DNA of 53,661 bases, counting the filler, from Sphacelaria rigidula (Eukaryota), in the NCBI GenBank assembly GCA_964200075.2. It is 4 parts of 4 records of this genome, joined end to end, with 100 filler letters (N's around TTAATTAATTAA, not from the genome) between each part and the next. Parts side by side here need not be neighbours in the genome. Positions count along the whole stretch, not along the records: positions 40,323 to 53,661 come from CAXNAA020002955.1; 3 more parts are not named here. One strand, given 5' to 3'. Positions 49,964-53,661 of the stretch are shown here, in pieces. The notes below the pieces were generated by a model. The model was given only the letters and a program-made list of their open reading frames with translations. It did not search any database and was not told where the DNA came from. Position 1 is the first letter of the stretch, and the number at the start of each line of letters is the position of its first letter. Position numbers and translations under genes: made by a program.

Positions 49964-51878
49964 CTTAGGTATAGGAATGACTAGACATGGGGTTTAATGG
50001 GGTTCATAATCAACGAGAAATATGGGCCCGACATTTTGAGCAGATGAGCACCTTGCTCTTTGTTAGACGATATCGGATCATGGCCCAACTCGTCCGTGTC
50101 GACGAGATATTGCTTTGAGAGCTTAAATCCGTGTCTAGGCTGGCTCAGCTTGTATGCAAAATACTGGTAGAGGTACTAGGGTTTGCAAATGCAGTGCAGG
50201 GCTTCTAACAAAAGACAATGAAGAACCCTGTGCAGCACGTCCTACAGGGTGCTATCTATCTACGTGTGTCTGTACTGTTGTCTGTGCTGCCCGTACAACC
50301 GAGTACTACAACAACAGGAGTACAGACATCACTGTTCACATGTGGATAGATAGCACACACAGTGCAGCGAACTTACAGCTCAGTTGAGGTCTGTGCGTTC
50401 AGCGTGCTGCGAACAGACGTCGCTTTGCAGTACAGGTTGCCTACGCACCCAAGCCTACGAATAGTGCTACTGTTGTACGAGTAGTACTACAGCGAATGCA
50501 TGCAATACAGCACTGTTGTGTGTAGTTTTGTCCGTACTGTCCTTTCAGTCCACTACTAACGTGCGGTGAAAAAGCACAACCGTCACTTCTAGAGTCAGAT
50601 GGTACAGCAAGGCGGTCTTCTGATCGTCTTGCGTCACGCAGCCCACCATGTATTGCTCGGGTAACATGTCGCAGTAGTACAGACAGTCAGCACGGACTGT
50701 ACACCACGACAGGACAGCAGAGTGTTATGTTTCTGTCACATATTCATTGGTCATTTTCCAGTCGACTAGGTTCCATGTGCCATACTTTGTCATGCTTGGT
50801 ACCTGATGGGTCATACTACATTGTGTGATGGGATTGAGCAGCCTGCCTCCCCGTGTTACAGCGTTTTTGGACTATGCATCCCCACTAGCAAAGCACAAGT
50901 TAGCCTGTACGCCAATAATACAAGAGCATATACACCATCACGGACTGTGATCTCAGAGAATTCTCTGGTCTTCACTAAATGTAAGCCTGACCTCCATGCA
51001 ACATATGTTGCTCTGGAGTCTGAGCGGCTCATCGAGTATGCAGCGCAACGCTGCGAACATGGCTGGCTCTGCACTCGGTAACGTCGAGCTCAATGGCTTC
51101 GATACTCATGATTGTGTTTGAGCCCGCTAGCCCAGTTGCCCACTGAACTGGCACCATTCCCAGCTAGGCGGTGAGTATCGAACCATGACATGGTGTCCAA
51201 CCCGTGCTTGTGTAGAGTCAACACTGGCATGCTCCGAGCACAAACTTTCGGAGGGGAGATTTTGCTGGCGTGTGGGTCGGATCAGGTAAAATGTTCCTTC
51301 TTTTATATAGAGTAAATAGTGTGCAGGTTCACAAATTGTAGTTTCCACAGCGTATCTTACCTGCAACATCATTTAGCATGTAGTAGACAGTGCTTTTGAA
51401 GTTCACGACTTGGTGTCACTGGGATGTTTGGAGAGCATGTACAGTGTACTATGATGGTATGCTGCTCCGGCTCTTCGCACTCTTTTGTTCTGTCTACCTA
51501 CCATACGCACGTTGAGCATAAATAGTTGAGCGTGGGCTATGTAGTTTGTTCTGCCCCGTGGTTGCCCTGTGCTCCGTACCCGCCGCATTGCACTTCGTTA
51601 CATGCAACCCACGCAGAGCGCCACCAACGGCTTTATGCCCGAGCTCATCCGAGATGGTTCATCAGCACGCGCTACAATCTCTCATCTTGAACGAGCCCAA
51701 CAGACACTGCTGACGTCCAAAGCAAAAGCGAAATGACCTAGCCGATATAATTTGATGAAAGGCAATACGGTCGAGAACGAGAATTGTACAAGATCAACGA
51801 ACCAGAGGGTCTACAATTACTTCGGGGGGCGTTTCGGGACATCAGCTTCCAGACAGCTGCAGAAGCTGTGAAGCCGCG

Positions 51879-52265
51879 TTGTTGTTCTTGTTGTTGTCTG
51901 TTGTTGTGGTTGTTCGTTGTTCGTTGTTTGTTGTGGTTTTCGCTGTTGTTCTGTGCTCTTGCTCGTCGCTGCCGTGCCGCCGCTGTGTGTTGCTGCTGCT
52001 CGCCGCAAGGCTGTGCTGTTTTTCGTCGCTGCCGCGCCGCTGCTGTGTGTTGTTGGTTGTTGCTGCTGTGTGTTGTTGTCTGTTGTCTGTTGTCTGTTGT
52101 CTGTTTTCTGTTTTCTGTTTTCTGTTTTCTGTTGTCGTTGTTGTCTATTGTTACTGTTGCTGTTGTTCTTGTTGTTCTTGTTGTTATGGTTGTCTGTTGT
52201 TGCTGCTGCTGCTGCTGTTGCCATCGTTGCTGCTGCTACTGCTGCTGCTGCTGTTGCTGCTGTTT
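51879..52265. repeat. Compound GTT/GCT/TCTGTT(T) microsatellite
   Basis: Simple-sequence tract giving stop-free poly-C/L/V and Q/T/N ORFs in several frames. Confidence 0.9.
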
Positions 52266-53661
52266 CCACCGTGCTTTCTGCTACCCTGGTTTGCTATTGT
52301 TGTCCCGCTTGTTGTGTTGTTTTTGCCTCGAACGCCTACTCTCGGCTGTACTTGTCTTGCTTGCTATCGCATCGCATGTTGTCATGTGCACCCGTATTTT
52401 CTGCCCTCATGTTTGTTTGTACCTTGCTTCGATCTGAACGCACAGTTTTTGTTTTGTCATTGTCGCCTGCATTGTATTACCTTCGCCTGACCTACACCTG
52501 TTCACGCATAATATCATTGCTGTACCTAACCAGCAATGATCGTGTTCTAGACATTCTTCATGTTATTTCGATATTTTTGTTGCATATTGAATTGGGACAA
52601 TCACCACCATGATCAGTATGTATTTTGCATTTTTATTGTGGCCATGGGGATTTGTGACATGCACGTGCGGTAAAGCTTCCGATTTTTTCGGTCTTTATTG
52701 ATTTTCTTTCATCATGCATTCCAATATTTTCTGCATCTCCGGGTGTCGTGTTTACCATAACTTTCTTTTGAGCCACCTGATTGTATTGCGCGTTTTATAA
52801 TTTTGCGCCGCCGTCGTCTTGCTCTGTAGAGCTGCACGACTTTGCATTTCATGTTTTGGTAATTTTGTATTTGGCGATCGTGATGTTTTTCTCTTGACCG
52901 TGCGGGTGTAGGTTATCTGCAGGGCCTTGTCTATTGCGCTGCCTCTTCTCATCATGCTTGAGCAGGATTCCGCTTGTAATCGTTTCATTTATCTGGTTCG
53001 TAATGCTGAAACGCCGAATTTACCGCCCGGCACACGACATTTCGATCTACGTCACGTGGTATAAAACCGAGCCATATTTTCACTGACTCCAAGACTTTCA
53101 ACGCATACTAACCGTGCCCTCTATTACTCCCTTCCTTGCTTCACCTACACTCTTGCCTTGGGTGTGTCACATCCCGATGAGGGAACCGGCGCTCAACGTG
53201 ATTGCTTTGGGGAGGACACGCAGGAAACACTGAACGGTTTGCTCATGACGGTATGTTCCGGCGTGGAGTATCAGCAATCTGAATTGGTATAGCTAATCCC
53301 GTGTACCTTTTTATAGGATTCTGGTGGCAGGGTTTTTGCCTTGGTGTCACTTGACAGGATCTCCATTTTTATGCCACTCTGGTGATCGATTGTATGGTTT
53401 GCATTTCAACAGGTTGACTTCTTGACGCACCCTGTACCGTAGTTGACTACTACCTTGTCCCTTCCTGATACCGTAGTTGGATACTACTTTGTTCAGTTGC
53501 TGTAAACTTGGCTTTCGATACCATGCAACCACAAATATTTCCGTGCAATGTCTTGTCATTACTGACACTTTCTACGATAGCCCCCCCCCCCAAAACCAGC
53601 ATGCTCCGTCTCGAAAGGGATGCGTGGTCAATGGTCAAATGACTAAGGCAAGCAACAAATG

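Noticed and set aside
51784..52612. Long Cys/Leu/Val-rich and Gln/Thr-rich ORFs
   Set aside because: They are open in several frames only because of the microsatellite.

Overview
This is eukaryotic, intron-rich, transposon-rich nuclear DNA. Its style (short exons, CAGTA/TACTG-rich introns, TTAGGG repeats, a flagellar dynein light-chain exon) suggests a brown alga or related stramenopile, but that is inference only. The window is not one locus. Three 100-nt N/TTAATTAATTAA spacers join four segments of 13341, 13341, 13340 and 13339 nt, apparently size-sorted unlinked contigs. Contig 1 holds the first exon of a Tctex1-domain dynein light chain (-), head-to-head with a many-exon armadillo-like gene (+) that has a probable GC-AG intron. 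Contig 2 holds a multi-layer nest: a LINE RT split by an internally deleted chromodomain Ty3/Gypsy element (TSD AGGC), itself hit by a CAC-terminated TIR element, plus two MITEs in the LINE. Contig 3 holds two divergent paralogous first exons ending in INQLQ at the same intron (possible Ca-dependent PI-PLC-like genes) and many foldbacks. Contig 4 holds a degenerate multi-exon gene and more foldbacks. The most unusual signals are a modular family of long foldbacks with AACAG...CTGTT ends, and a TG...CA MITE with a 4-bp TSD carrying telomeric repeats. No rRNA, tRNA or CRISPR array was found.
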